Source: Bdellovibrionota bacterium (GTDB taxonomy: Bacteria > Bdellovibrionota_C > UBA2361 > CAKMMH01). From it: DNA of 64,000 nucleotides. Position numbers and translations under genes: made by a program. Where the stretch lies: positions 285,644 through 349,643 of the forward strand of contig JBMNLI010000010.1 in assembly GCA_050952645.1 (NCBI GenBank), read 5' to 3'. The notes beneath the pieces are model-generated. The model saw only the letters and a list, made by a program, of their open reading frames with translations, did no database searches and was not told where the DNA came from. Shown here in pieces: positions 11,100 through 23,300 of the stretch (positions are counted from its first letter, which is position 1; each line of letters starts with the position of its first letter).

Positions 11100-11433
11100 T
11101 TTAAAGCAAATAGAAGAAATTTGTTTCCCTAAGATAAGTTCAAAAGAAAATTGACACAAGCGAAGCGATGGCAATTTTCTTTTGGGCTAGGAGGTTTGTA
11201 CAGAGCTTAAAAGAAAATTGGAGCTAGCTAAAGCTAGCTGAGATTTTTGCTTTTTCACGCTTTAAAGCAAATAGAAGAAATTTGTTTCCCTAAGATAAGT
11301 TCAAAAGAAAATTGACACAAGCGAAGCGATGGCAATTTTCTTTTGGGCTAGGAGGTTTGTACAGAGCTTAAAAGAAAATTGGAGCTAGCTAAAGCTAGCT
11401 GAGATTTTTGCTTTTTCACGCTTTAAAGCAAAT
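11100..11433. repeat. 161-bp tandem duplication carrying two hairpins related to the MITE family
   Basis: Units start at 11100, 11261 and (partial) 11422; contain CAAAAGAAAATTG-acacaagcgaagcgatgg-CAATTTTCTTTTG and a reverse-complement match to part of the 130-bp unit. Confidence 0.9.
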
Positions 11434-11561
11434 AGGAGAAAATAATAAAATCTCGAATCGCTTCATTTTATTATTAAAAAATGTTAATTTAAAATAAAAC
11501 GGTTTGATATTGCCAAGTTTTAAGCTTATATATATTTAATATTTTTAAAAGATGTAAAAAA

Positions 11562-12638
11562 ATGAAAATACTTTATTGTTGCACTTCTATAGATAATTGT
11601 GAGCATGCTTATCTTAGTGGATTAAGCAAAAGAGGCGTTGAATATTACGTCGTGGCACCAGATGTAGAAAACTTTAGAAAATTAAAAGAAGAAAATATTG
11701 TAAAGCGTTTAACTTTTAAAACGAGATCTAAACTCTCGATAGGTGCCATCGCTAAATTTTATGAACTTATAAAAAGCTTTAAACCAGATATAGTCCATTG
11801 CATAGATGGGAAAAGCTTATCGTGTGGTATTATAGCTCTAAGATTATTAAAATCAAACATTCCTCTTATTGCTTATAGGGGGACTATGGGGAATTTATCA
11901 AAGCTAGATGTTGGCACTTGGCTTGCTCATAGAAATCCAAGAATAACGAAAATTACTTGTGTTTCAGATGCAGTAAGACGCTCGCTTATAGAAAATGGGC
12001 TTCCTAAAGAAAAGCTAATAACTATTCACAAAGGACATAGCATCGATTGGTACAAAGAAAAATATTCTATCGATAAACAAATGCTAGGAATTAAAGATAA
12101 TGATAAACTTATATCGTGCGTAGCTAACGATAGACCTCATAAAGGTTTGCATATTTTAATACAAGCTTTTCATAATGTAAAAAACAAAAACTCTCACTTA
12201 CTTTTAATTGGAACTATACAAAGCAAGAAGATTTTAAATCTTTGTAAAAATGGAAAAAATGCTGATAGGATTCACATCTTAGGTTATATTCCAAACGCTT
12301 GGATGGTTTCAGGTGCGACGGATATTTTCGTTTTACCCTCTACTGCTAGAGAGGGACTCGCTAAGTCTGTAATCGAGGCTATGGCTCAAGGCGTGCCAGC
12401 TATCGTATCAGATGTTGGAGGACTTCCAGAGATAGTTAGAAATAATAAAGATGGATTAGTAGTAAAAGGAAGCGATATTGCCGCTCTTTCAGCTGCGATA
12501 GATAAACTAGTTTTAAATGATGAGTTATTAAAAAAATTCTCTAAATCTGCTAAACAAAGAATAGAAACCTCATTTAATACTTTAGAAACTCAAGAAAAAA
12601 TACTTAGACTTTACAAAATGCTTAGTGGGAAAAAATAA
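11562..12638 (+). CDS. Glycosyltransferase family 4 (GT-B)
   Basis: HKG motif; DIFVLPS..REGLAKSVIEAMAQGVPAIVSDVGGLPE (EX7E). Confidence 0.92.
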   Translation: MKILYCCTSIDNCEHAYLSGLSKRGVEYYVVAPDVENFRKLKEENIVKRLTFKTRSKLSIGAIAKFYELIKSFKPDIVHCIDGKSLSCGIIALRLLKSNIPLIAYRGTMGNLSKLDVGTWLAHRNPRITKITCVSDAVRRSLIENGLPKEKLITIHKGHSIDWYKEKYSIDKQMLGIKDNDKLISCVANDRPHKGLHILIQAFHNVKNKNSHLLLIGTIQSKKILNLCKNGKNADRIHILGYIPNAWMVSGATDIFVLPSTAREGLAKSVIEAMAQGVPAIVSDVGGLPEIVRNNKDGLVVKGSDIAALSAAIDKLVLNDELLKKFSKSAKQRIETSFNTLETQEKILRLYKMLSGKK

Positions 12639-12662
12639 AAATATTTTTAAACAAAACATTTT

Positions 12663-12873
12663 GCTTCTTCGGCGTTTTAGGTGGGGTAGTTTAAAAGAAA
12701 ATTGGCTTTTTAAACTAGATATATTAAAAGTCAATTTTCTTTTGGACTTTGCCAAGGCTTAGTAATACTAATTTTTTTTGCTTCTTTAACATTTTAGGTG
12801 AGTTAGAAAAATTGTTTTTTTAGGTTAGTTTAAAAGCCAATTTATTTTATGCAAATTTTAAACATGAAGAGCT
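12663..12873. mobile_element. Degenerate ISL3-ended MITE between convergent genes
   Basis: GCTTCTTCGGCGTTTTAGGTGG...AAACATGAAGAGCT with an internal AAAAGAAAATTG/CAATTTTCTTTT hairpin. Confidence 0.6.
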
Positions 12874-12886
12874 AAAATGTTTTCTC

Positions 12887-15800
12887 TTAAAACTTAGCTC
12901 CGATAGAAAAATGCACTCTAAACGAGTCATCATAAGATTCTTTATTTAGTGGCACTGCAAAATCAAATCCTATAGGACCTATAGGCAAGTTAAATCTAAA
13001 ACCTACTCCAGTAGAATATTTTAAATCGCTAAGTTTAACACCCTCATCTCTTAAGAATACATTACCAACATCTAAAAAACTATGAATACTAAAGGTTTCT
13101 AATATAAAATAATTAAGCTCAAAATTATTAGCAAATAGCACATCTCCGCCTATTACCGCTCCATCGCTTCCACGCCTACCAAGAGAGTTTTCTCTATAAC
13201 CTCTTATAGAGTTAGCGCCTCCTAAATAATACCTATGAGCGATAGGCACTTGACTAGTATCTCCATATGCAAACGATGCACCCACGATATTATTTGATGA
13301 GAAATTAAAATCTTCCCAAAATGGAAATATAGAATTTACGTGCAACTCGAGCGAATGAAACTCTGCATCAGATAAAAATAACTTGCTTGCTAACTTGTGT
13401 TCTAAGCTCATTGCATAACCGCTAGTAGGATTAAGCATATCATCTCTTTTATCATACTTTAATGATGCAACTAGAAAAGATAAATTATAATTTCCATCAT
13501 CGTAATTTCCTATAATCGCACACTGCGATACGTTATCTAAAGACTCAACACTAAAATTTTGTCCAAAATATAATGATAAATCGTTTTCAAATGGCATATA
13601 TATCGATACGCCATCTACGTATCTACTTAAATCAAACTCATAAGTACTCGTTGTAAATCTTTGATACCTATAATCTTTTGAAAATCCAACATTAGACCCA
13701 AATACGCTTGGTTCTATAAATCTTAAATCTGCACTCCCCTGGCTTACGCTTCCATGCGTTATATTATCATAGAACAGGTCTGCTCCTAAACTAATAGTTT
13801 TACCATCTTTAAATAGCGACTTATTAGCAGCTCTAGTCAATAGATGTAAACCATACTCAGAGTTCACACCTATTCCCACATCTAAATTATTAAAAGCTTT
13901 TTCTTCAACTTCTATAAGCAAAGTTTTTTCAAAATTATTTTCTTTATTATCTATTAACGAAAATGAGATTTTATTAAATAACCCTAATTTTAAAAGTGCA
14001 TTTTTACTTTCTATAATTTTATCTTCTAAATAAACATCGCCTTTATTTATTTTTAAATTTTTTAATATAGTAAATTCTTCAACTTTTGAATTGCCTATAA
14101 TTTTTATATCACTTACCTTTACTTTTTCATTAGGTATTATGGTAATAGTCAATGAATCAGTTTCTTTATCTATTTTTTCTATAAGTTCATAATTTAAATA
14201 ACCAGCATTTTTAAGGCTTGATTTTATTTTTTCAACTAATCTTAACTTTCTAGGAACGGTAATTTTTTGAGTATATTTTATCTTTAACTCCTCTGGCAAA
14301 CCATTTACTGCTACATTTGTAATATAATGTTTTTCTCCCTCTTTAATATTATATACTATGGAAACATCATTATTATCTAAAATATTTAAACTATGCTTAA
14401 CCTTAACCCTTGTATATCCATAATCTCTATAAATTTTCTTTATTATATTTTCAAGCTCTATAATATCTTCTTCGATAGCAAATTTTGGATTTAAAAATTT
14501 CTTATAATTATCTTTATCTATACTTTTTATTTTCTCATAAATTTTTTCAGTGCTAAGTTTTTCATTTCCATTTAACACTACACTAGATACTTTAGAGATA
14601 TCTTCATCTTTAACACTTATTATATACGTTTGCGTATCATCTTCCTTTATCAGCTCGTAATCGATAGTAGTAAGAAGATATCCGTTTTCTCTATAAAGCC
14701 TATCCATGCCTTCAATTAAAAGCTGCACAACATTTAAACCAAAAGGGTACGATCTTTCTTTAAAATTTATAGTCTTTAAAAAATCTTCCCTTGAAAATAC
14801 TCTGCTTCCTTTAAACTCAAATACGTATTTTTTAAACGATTCGATATTTATATTAACAATAACTTTATTCTTTCCTGTAAGAACGAAATCTTCGGAGATT
14901 CTAGCGCTTAAATACCCTTCATCTTTTAAAATATTTATTATTATTTTTTGTATTTCCTTTCTATTGTCTTCTGAAAAAGCTTTCCCCTTAAAGTGAGATA
15001 CGGCTCTCTTTATTTTAGAAGCAATTTTTTCAGATGAAATATTTATATCCTTAATAGAAAATTTTTTATCTTCATTTATTATAAAAACTACTTTCTTAAC
15101 GAAATTATCAACCGACCTAATCCTACTTTTAACTCTAACATTTAAATAACCTTGCTTTATATAAAATCTCTTTAAATTTCTTCTTATCTCTTTTACTTTC
15201 TCTTTGCTTACAACTTTTCTTTCATTGATGTATAAAACACTTCTAAGTTTTAACTCAGAGTAGTTATCATTTCCTTCAAAGCTATAATCCGTTAATTTAT
15301 TACTCGAAGAAATAACATTGTAGTTTAAATCTATCCCTACCGCTGAGGTAGAAGCAGTTTCAAAATAGGTGTCGATGTAGGCCTTTTGTGTTAAATAATA
15401 AAACGTAGATATCTTAGTGCTTCCTGCACTTCCTCCTACTATACTTTCCCCAGAGATTACGATTTCATCTGTAAGTTTTTTTTCAGCTATAATTGCTGGC
15501 TCTGACGTACCAGTTCGTTTATTGTACTTTGATGTAATGCTTAAACTATCGATACTAGTAATGGAATTGAAAATATTCTTAAGCCCTGATATAGATGGTG
15601 ATGATAAGAAGCTACTAATAGAGTATAAAAAAGCTTGCGAGTTCGAGTCGCTTAAAGCTCCATTAGAAAACCCTTCTCCTGAGGCTAGCAAGTTAAATAT
15701 TTCCTTTTGAGAAAGCCCTGCATCGCTCATAAGATTAACTTTTGGCGAATTTAAATCTCCAGTTATATCGACTATTACTAACGAATTATCTCCAGCAGAA

Positions 15801-18601
15801 TTTCTTAAATACGCCTCACCCGTGATATCTAGCACGGGAGAAGCGTGTTTTTTAAAAATAATATCTGCATGATTTATTAAAAACTTTTTATTTCTTAAAC
15901 CAAAAAAACCTTCAGAGCCTTGAATATTACCCGTTATAATTGGAAACTTACTTAGCCCTGTTAAAGAAAGGTCGCAACCTAAAAGAGCATCGACCCAGTC
16001 CATTTTTATTCTTATATTATCATCGCTCTTTATATTTACATCTAGCTCAATATTTATATCATCTTGTTTTTTAGAATTTAACTGAATGTTTTTTTCATAA
16101 AAAAACACGCTATCTTTTATAAATCCTAAAATTGCATCAAGCGTAATATTTTTAACAAACTCTAGGCTATCTATCTTAATATTTCCTTGTAGCTTAGGAA
16201 GAAATTTACCTTTTAATAAATCTAAATTACCACTTAACACAAAGCTAGTATTATTATCAACATAAAGGTCTACTTTTCTAAAATCTATCTTAGCATTCGA
16301 CTTTTCAAAATTTAAAATATCGATATTTCCAGAGGCTTTTGCTCGTCCTCCATTTATTCTTGCGACTATCTCTTTTATTTCTACCCAGAATCCTTTTAAG
16401 ATAAAATCTCCTCTTAATTTTTGAATACTAATATTGCTCGATTCTAAATAGACATTTCCATCAGTTATTTTTGCACTTCCATAAATTTGAGGCGATGAAA
16501 CTGGCCCTTTTATATTTATATTTGTTATTATTTGCCCAGATAACTCATCTAAAAAGGGAGCGAAATCTGCAAAAGAACTTACATTAAAATTACCATCAAG
16601 GTGCATATCGATGTTTTTTGAAAAATCTACATTTCCACTTATCGTTATATTATTTTTACTGCTTTGTCCCCGTAAAACTATTGGTTTAATATTTAAAATA
16701 CCATTATTTATAGGCAGAGTAGTCGGAGTTTTTAAAAGCAAATCGTGTGGAGCGCAACCTAGCACGGTTTTAGGAATATCAACTTTGCCGTTTCCTTTTA
16801 GCATATTTTTTATATTAAAAAAATATTCTACATCGGCGCTTAATCTTGCACATTTTACTTTCGGGCTATATTGGTTAGGATTAAAATCTTTTAACTTTAA
16901 AGTAAATTTACTTTCATATTCTTCATTAAGATTTAAATTCAAGTTTGTTTCTATCGATTTTAAAGGATTAGATAAACTTACTAGCACTTTGCCATTTTCT
17001 AAACTTGCTCTTCCGCTAAGTGCAGACTCGCCGCAAAAATCCTTAGACGTAAGACCTATAGTGCCACTTCCTTTAAGTGTATAAGGCGACAGCCCTCCTC
17101 TAAGAGAAATATTTGAAGTTAAGAACCAATAAGTTTTATCGTTTATATTTTGTAAAGGTAGTTTATTTATATCGATATAAAAATTTTCTACAAAAACTTT
17201 TCCATCTTCATTAAATTTTATTTTCCCTTCTCCTTGGATATAATCTTTAGAGTTTATTTTAAACTCAAGCTCGTCGTTATAATATAATAGTGATAAATTT
17301 TGTTTAGGCGTTTTAAATGCCAAACCGTCGATAGAGTTTATTTCACTTTCAAGCTTTATTTTATAGTCGCTAGGAGTTCCAAAAATTCCCACAGTCCCTA
17401 AAACATCTTTTAGCTTAACCGAGGAGTAATCGAGTTCATCAATCTTAAATTTTAATTTCGTATTAAATTTATCATCATCTATTATTAAATCTTTTATAGA
17501 AGAAACGTTTATACCATCACCAGTTAGAGAAATATTTTTTAATTTAAAGTAAGCTCCATCTAAGTTTATACCAGTTTCTAGTGTTGCTAAAAATTTATCG
17601 ATAGTGATAGGAGTTTTTGAGATAAATGCTTGAGTTAAAATATCTTTGTTATATTCTAAGTCTACATCTCCTTTTATTATAATATTATCGATATCTCCTT
17701 TTACTACTCCGTTAGTTTTTAAATTATACGTAAAATAATCTGAAAAAGATTTATCTAAAAAACGGTTATCGAAACTTCCTCTCCACGCTCCATTAGCAAA
17801 CGAGTTATCTTCCCGGATATCGAGTTTTGCAGCGACTTTACTACCTAGGCTATTTAGCAAAATGTTTTTTATTATCACGTCGTAGCTATCGTGTGGAGAA
17901 AGTATGCTTAAATTTAAACTTCCAAGAGCTATTTTATTTTTTTTATTATTTATTTTATCGTTTAGTTTGTAATTGTTTTGATTATAATTATTTTTGTTAT
18001 GATTCTTTTGTTTGTAAAAGATAGCTACATTATCTACATCTGTATCGATTAAAAAATCTTTATTTTTATCTTGAAAAACTCTAAGGAAAAGCCCTTGTCC
18101 GTTTAGCACGATAGAGTCCGTTAGCCACTCATTGAATGATGTTGAATATACTAGTAGCTCTTTTAGCAATACTTTTATAGCAGAGGTTTTATAATTTGGG
18201 TCGGGGTTTTCACTAATTAAATAATCTATAAATTTATAAGTTTCGCTTTGAGGTAGTATTCCTTTTGAATGTCCCGTATCTAAAACTAATCTTTTTAAAA
18301 TAATAGTTTTATCAAATATTTTTGCTAACGATACTTTTACTCTAACTTGTTTAAAAGATAAGACTTCCCCTTTATTATCGCAAACGATTCTTGGATTATT
18401 TACATACGCATTTAATCTAATAAACGACACGTGGTGTTCATCAGTTTCTAAGTGGCACTTAGGCAAGCTACTTTTTATTTCATCATCTAACAGCTCTATT
18501 ACTAGTTCTCCGACGTAATTCTGCAAAGCTAGAATGCCTAATCCGCCTAGAACTCCTATACAAAATCCAATAAATAGTAATAGAATATATTTTTTAAACA
18601 T
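12887..18601 (-). CDS. TamB(AsmA-like)-POTRA-Omp85 (TamA/BamA-like) fusion protein
   Basis: N-terminal TM anchor, long beta-rich TamB/DUF490-like region (GDLNSPKVNLMSD.GLSQKEIFNLLASG), repeated POTRA motifs (FEGND..., GYLNVRV), YYLGGANSIRGY loop and C-terminal FSIGAKF beta-signal. Confidence 0.88.
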   Translation of the reverse strand: MFKKYILLLFIGFCIGVLGGLGILALQNYVGELVIELLDDEIKSSLPKCHLETDEHHVSFIRLNAYVNNPRIVCDNKGEVLSFKQVRVKVSLAKIFDKTIILKRLVLDTGHSKGILPQSETYKFIDYLISENPDPNYKTSAIKVLLKELLVYSTSFNEWLTDSIVLNGQGLFLRVFQDKNKDFLIDTDVDNVAIFYKQKNHNKNNYNQNNYKLNDKINNKKNKIALGSLNLSILSPHDSYDVIIKNILLNSLGSKVAAKLDIREDNSFANGAWRGSFDNRFLDKSFSDYFTYNLKTNGVVKGDIDNIIIKGDVDLEYNKDILTQAFISKTPITIDKFLATLETGINLDGAYFKLKNISLTGDGINVSSIKDLIIDDDKFNTKLKFKIDELDYSSVKLKDVLGTVGIFGTPSDYKIKLESEINSIDGLAFKTPKQNLSLLYYNDELEFKINSKDYIQGEGKIKFNEDGKVFVENFYIDINKLPLQNINDKTYWFLTSNISLRGGLSPYTLKGSGTIGLTSKDFCGESALSGRASLENGKVLVSLSNPLKSIETNLNLNLNEEYESKFTLKLKDFNPNQYSPKVKCARLSADVEYFFNIKNMLKGNGKVDIPKTVLGCAPHDLLLKTPTTLPINNGILNIKPIVLRGQSSKNNITISGNVDFSKNIDMHLDGNFNVSSFADFAPFLDELSGQIITNINIKGPVSSPQIYGSAKITDGNVYLESSNISIQKLRGDFILKGFWVEIKEIVARINGGRAKASGNIDILNFEKSNAKIDFRKVDLYVDNNTSFVLSGNLDLLKGKFLPKLQGNIKIDSLEFVKNITLDAILGFIKDSVFFYEKNIQLNSKKQDDINIELDVNIKSDDNIRIKMDWVDALLGCDLSLTGLSKFPIITGNIQGSEGFFGLRNKKFLINHADIIFKKHASPVLDITGEAYLRNSAGDNSLVIVDITGDLNSPKVNLMSDAGLSQKEIFNLLASGEGFSNGALSDSNSQAFLYSISSFLSSPSISGLKNIFNSITSIDSLSITSKYNKRTGTSEPAIIAEKKLTDEIVISGESIVGGSAGSTKISTFYYLTQKAYIDTYFETASTSAVGIDLNYNVISSSNKLTDYSFEGNDNYSELKLRSVLYINERKVVSKEKVKEIRRNLKRFYIKQGYLNVRVKSRIRSVDNFVKKVVFIINEDKKFSIKDINISSEKIASKIKRAVSHFKGKAFSEDNRKEIQKIIINILKDEGYLSARISEDFVLTGKNKVIVNINIESFKKYVFEFKGSRVFSREDFLKTINFKERSYPFGLNVVQLLIEGMDRLYRENGYLLTTIDYELIKEDDTQTYIISVKDEDISKVSSVVLNGNEKLSTEKIYEKIKSIDKDNYKKFLNPKFAIEEDIIELENIIKKIYRDYGYTRVKVKHSLNILDNNDVSIVYNIKEGEKHYITNVAVNGLPEELKIKYTQKITVPRKLRLVEKIKSSLKNAGYLNYELIEKIDKETDSLTITIIPNEKVKVSDIKIIGNSKVEEFTILKNLKINKGDVYLEDKIIESKNALLKLGLFNKISFSLIDNKENNFEKTLLIEVEEKAFNNLDVGIGVNSEYGLHLLTRAANKSLFKDGKTISLGADLFYDNITHGSVSQGSADLRFIEPSVFGSNVGFSKDYRYQRFTTSTYEFDLSRYVDGVSIYMPFENDLSLYFGQNFSVESLDNVSQCAIIGNYDDGNYNLSFLVASLKYDKRDDMLNPTSGYAMSLEHKLASKLFLSDAEFHSLELHVNSIFPFWEDFNFSSNNIVGASFAYGDTSQVPIAHRYYLGGANSIRGYRENSLGRRGSDGAVIGGDVLFANNFELNYFILETFSIHSFLDVGNVFLRDEGVKLSDLKYSTGVGFRFNLPIGPIGFDFAVPLNKESYDDSFRVHFSIGAKF

Positions 18602-18807
18602 ACGAAAGTTATTATATTATATAATAAGAACATTATGCAATTAGTTAAGGTTATAAGCTTATAGAAAATATTCTTAAACAAATTCTTAAACAAAATGACT
18701 AGATTAAAGATTAGGTAGAGATTAGATAGGGATTAGAAAGAGATTAGATAACGATCAGATAGCAATTAGTCTCCATCTCTCTACGAAGCGTAAAAGAACC
18801 TAAAAAT

Positions 18808-20031
18808 TTAAAATGTTGGGGTAGGTGTTATTGTAGGTGTTATTGTAGGTGTCATAGTAGGTGTCATTGTAGGCGTTAGAGTAGGAGTTGGAGTGGGTGT
18901 TTGAGCGAGTGTTGGCATTGGAGTCATTGTAGGAGTAGGCGTTACCTCTGGCGTTATTTCAGGCGTTATTTCAGGCGTTATAGTAGGAGTAGGAATTATC
19001 GGCAGATCTTCTGGGTCTAGAGGATTAGTTCCATTGCTTATCTCTTCACCGTCGCAAACACCATCGCCATCGGTATCAAAATGATTAGGGCTAGTTTCAT
19101 AAATAAAAAGCTCATCGTAATCAGAGAGCCCATCGCCATCGGTATCTTTCTTTTTTTTATTCGTATGATATCTGTAAGTTTCAAATAAATTAGGAATGCC
19201 ATCTAAATCAGCATCAGGTCTCTCGGTTATCATAAGAGATTGAAGCCCAGTGTTTCTATTTCTTAATTGTTTTAAAAGACCGTTAGCTAGAGCGTCGTAT
19301 CCTCTAGAAGATGGATGCAAGCCATCGCCAGATAATAAATTAGTGCTAAAACTAGGGCGAATTTTAGTATAACTTAAAGCTCTTAAATGTTTATTTAACT
19401 CATTTATAAATTTAATTTGGTATGAACGTTTAGTTGGGATTTGTGTGCTAATGCTTATATAAACTAGAGGCTTATTATTTAGCTTTGGCAGTATCTCATA
19501 AAGATAATCTACCGTACGTCTAATATTATTTGCTGTATACAAAGCGGGCTTCTTTTCCCAATAATCGTTTCTTCCTGCATCTATTACGATTATATCCGCC
19601 CTATTTAGCTTATTAAAATCTCTTTTCGTTTTATTTTTTCTTCTATTATAAATATACTTAACTTTTGCTAGCAGCGCTTGACTTTTTATGCCTGGATAAC
19701 CTAAAGCGTTAAATCTTACTTGCCTAGGTTTAAAATTTGGAAATTTTTTTTGAAGCCTTACGACGTATCCTCCTTTGTTGCCATTTGCGGAGTCGCCTCT
19801 TCCGTAGACGATGCTATCTCCTAAAAACGTTATCTCTAACTTTTGATCGCAATTATAATCGATAAATTTTCTCTTTGCTTTTTTCCCTCTCTCGGAAGCA
19901 AAATTTATCATAGTGCGAGGTCTTTTTTTATCGAAAGGCACTAAAGGGCAAGCTTGCACATTTTGGGCATAACTAGCTAAAATTAAAGCAAATAATAACA
20001 CTATATGTTTAAATCTTAAGTTTACTTTCAC
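18808..20031 (-). CDS. Secreted SGNH/GDSL hydrolase with Ca-binding DxDGDG repeats and a Pro/Thr tail
   Basis: Signal peptide; FLGDS, GRND and DGLHP blocks; DTDGDGLSD repeats; (TP)n tail. Confidence 0.88.
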   Translation of the reverse strand: MKVNLRFKHIVLLFALILASYAQNVQACPLVPFDKKRPRTMINFASERGKKAKRKFIDYNCDQKLEITFLGDSIVYGRGDSANGNKGGYVVRLQKKFPNFKPRQVRFNALGYPGIKSQALLAKVKYIYNRRKNKTKRDFNKLNRADIIVIDAGRNDYWEKKPALYTANNIRRTVDYLYEILPKLNNKPLVYISISTQIPTKRSYQIKFINELNKHLRALSYTKIRPSFSTNLLSGDGLHPSSRGYDALANGLLKQLRNRNTGLQSLMITERPDADLDGIPNLFETYRYHTNKKKKDTDGDGLSDYDELFIYETSPNHFDTDGDGVCDGEEISNGTNPLDPEDLPIIPTPTITPEITPEITPEVTPTPTMTPMPTLAQTPTPTPTLTPTMTPTMTPTITPTITPTPTF

Positions 20032-20396
20032 AGAGCATTAATTTTAACATACTATATGCTTTTGTAAAGCTAGAGAATCTTAAACAGCGTTTGCAAAGAT
20101 ATTTTACCTTGTCTCTTATTTTTTATATTTTTTATAATTTTTTATTTTTAAGTGTTTAGCTCCTATTTTTTAGCTCTTAATGTAAATAACCCTTATTTTC
20201 TCCATATAAAAACAACATTCAAGAAACATTAGCCTATATTTTAGCATCAAAATATTTGTAGTGCTGTTTAAATTCTTACATAGGCTATTTTTTTAAATTT
20301 AAGGTTTTTAAAAAAATTAAGTTTAAGAAAAATAAGATAGGTATATTTTTAAAAATTTTAAATATTTTTTTAATTATTTTTTGTAGTTTTTTATTT

Positions 20397-23300
20397 ATGA
20401 GTTTTCTAAAAAAGAAATATCAAAAACGAGAAATACGCTATAAAACTATATATATATGTTCACGCATAAAACTACATTATAAAAATTCATACTATAAAAA
20501 ACCATGCTATGAAAAATTTAAATATATTTTACAATCGTTCTTTTTAGCATCCTTTTTATTATTCTCTTTATTTTTTATCACATTATTTTTAAGTAGCACA
20601 TCATTTGCATTCGAGCCTATATTAGATAGCGTAAAACAGGTAGCGAGTAATAGGAGTACTACTTGCGCTATTTCCGCAAGTGGGGAGCTTTGGTGCTGGG
20701 GGAATAATAATTATAGCCAAATAACTACATCATCAGATACTTACGTAACTGCGCCTACAAAAATTACTGAACTAGTAAATGTTAGTGCGGTTAGTATAGG
20801 GACTTATCATGTATGTGCTATCTCAAATAAAAAGCTTTACTGTTGGGGAAGAAATAGCCATGGACAATTAGGAGTTGAAAATACAGACATCACTACCACT
20901 CCGCAATTAATACTTTCAGAGTTTAATATAAGTCAAGTTGCCGCAGAGTATATTAATACGTGCGCTTTAACTACATCAGGTAAACTTTTTTGCTGGGGCT
21001 ATAATGAATATGGTAATGTTGGAGTAGGTAGCCTAGCTTCTATTATAACGACTCCTACTCAAGTTTTAACAGATGTAAGCTTTGTATCATCTACACAAAC
21101 CACCACATACAATGGCGGCGCTAGATGTGCTATTAAGACTAATGGTGAGCTTTGGTGTTGGGGAGGAAATAGTTACGGGCAAGTAGGAATTGGAGATTTA
21201 AGTATTACTAAAGTGCATACCCCAAGAAAAATATTGGAAAACGTTCAAAGTGTTAGTCTAAGTGAATTTCATACTTGCGCTATAAAAACTAATGGAAAGC
21301 TTTATTGCTCGGGGAAAAATAATTCCAACCAAATCATTACTAGCACTGAAAATAACATTCCTTCTCCAATAGAAATATTTAACAATGTTAAACAAGTAGC
21401 AATAGGACGTAATCACACGTGTAGTATTACTAAAGACGATGAGCTTTACTGTAGAGGGTCGAACAGTGCAGGGCAAATAGGAAAAGGAAACAGCACTTCT
21501 TCTAGTTCGTTTTATAAGGTTTTAGATAATATTTCTAGCATATCACTTGCACCACTTTCTACTTGTGCTATAGCAAGCAATGGCGACCTTTACTGTTTCG
21601 GGAATAATAATTTTGGACAGATAGGAAATAACTCTACTACTGATCAAAAAACTCCATATTTAGTTTTAAGCAATGCAAAGCGAGTTATCAATAATGAAAC
21701 TAACACGCACGTAATAGATACAGCTGGAAAACTTTATAGTATTGGAAATAACACTTCAGGACAAATTGGAAACGATAGAATATTGGTACAAGAAAATAAA
21801 ACTCAAATTTTAACTGGAGTAAAAAATATTTCTCCTATTGGTACTAGCGTTTGTGCAAGTAAGCTAGATGGAAGCACTTATTGTTGGGGATTAAACGCTT
21901 ACAGACAACTTGGAAATGGAAGTGGTGTAGAAAGCTCTACGCCAGTTTTAGTAAGCATTTATAGCGATAAAGGAGGCATTACTAATATTAAATCTTTTTC
22001 AAGCAATACTGCTACTAATTGTGCTGTAAAGGAAAATGGCGACCTTTTTTGCTGGGGTAATAATTGGTATGGTAATACAGGTGCTACAGTGCCAGTGCTA
22101 ACAGGTGCTACTAGCGTTAAAGGTGGAACTAATCATAACTGTGCTTTAAAAGATGAGTTTTTATATTGCTGGGGGAGAGGAGAGGAAGGACAAATCGGAA
22201 TAGGGACAAATGATAATATTACTACTCTACGCCAAGTTTCTACATTAGGAGAGATTAGCGATTATAGCCTTGGTTATAATTCGACTTGCGCCATAAAAAA
22301 GGAAGATAAAACTCTTTGGTGTTGGGGCGATAATTCATATGGTCAATTAGGAATAGGAAATACTAATAATCAAAAGTTACCAACAAGGGTTCAAGGATTA
22401 ACTAATGTTAGGTCGGTAGTAATGGGTAATTCTTACGCTTGTGCTACAACTGAAAGTAATAATCTTTATTGCTGGGGCTTAAATAAAAGTAGGCAATTAG
22501 GCATAGGCACAACAGAAGATAGCTCCGTGCCAGTATTTGTTAAAAGCAATATAAAAAGCGTAGCATTATCTTACGACCATACTTGCGCTATAGATTTATC
22601 TGATGAGCTTTGGTGTTGGGGAAATGGCTTTGGTGGAAAGCTTGGAAATGGAGATACTTCAAACAGAGATACACCTCAAAAAGTCTTAAATTTAACTGAT
22701 GTTCAAAAGGTTAGTTTAGACACTTCTTATTCTTGTGCAAAAACTGGAAATATAGATGGAAACAAACTTTATTGTTGGGGGTTAAACAACTACTACCAAC
22801 TAGGTCTAGGCAATAACACTAATCAAGACACCCCTCAGCTAGTCTTAAGCGGAATAAAAGATTTTACTGTAGGACAAAATGCTACCTGCGCTATAGATGG
22901 CGAAGATAATCTTCTTTGCTGGGGACTAGATAACTATGGACAAGTAGGAGATGGAGTAGAAATAAGAAAAGAAACCCCGACGCAAATTTTTGCTGGTGGC
23001 ATAGCTCCTACTTACCCTACTAACTGCTCTACGCACTGGAACTATGGAAATTTAGGAGAAGCTTGCGATAATGGCTTAAGTAATAATTGTTTGCAAGCAG
23101 GAGTGCTTGCCTGCTACAATAGCGAGACCGATAGCCCTACCATAGTTTGCAACGCTGAAACGCCTCCATGCTGCAAAGATAACCTATACTCTTCTATCGG
23201 CTTAAGCTGCTCTGATGGCGTTGGCGTCTGCTTAGAAAATGGAAGCTACTACTGCTCTGGGCTTATCTCCGATAGCGCCGTTTTATGTAGCGCGGAAGCT

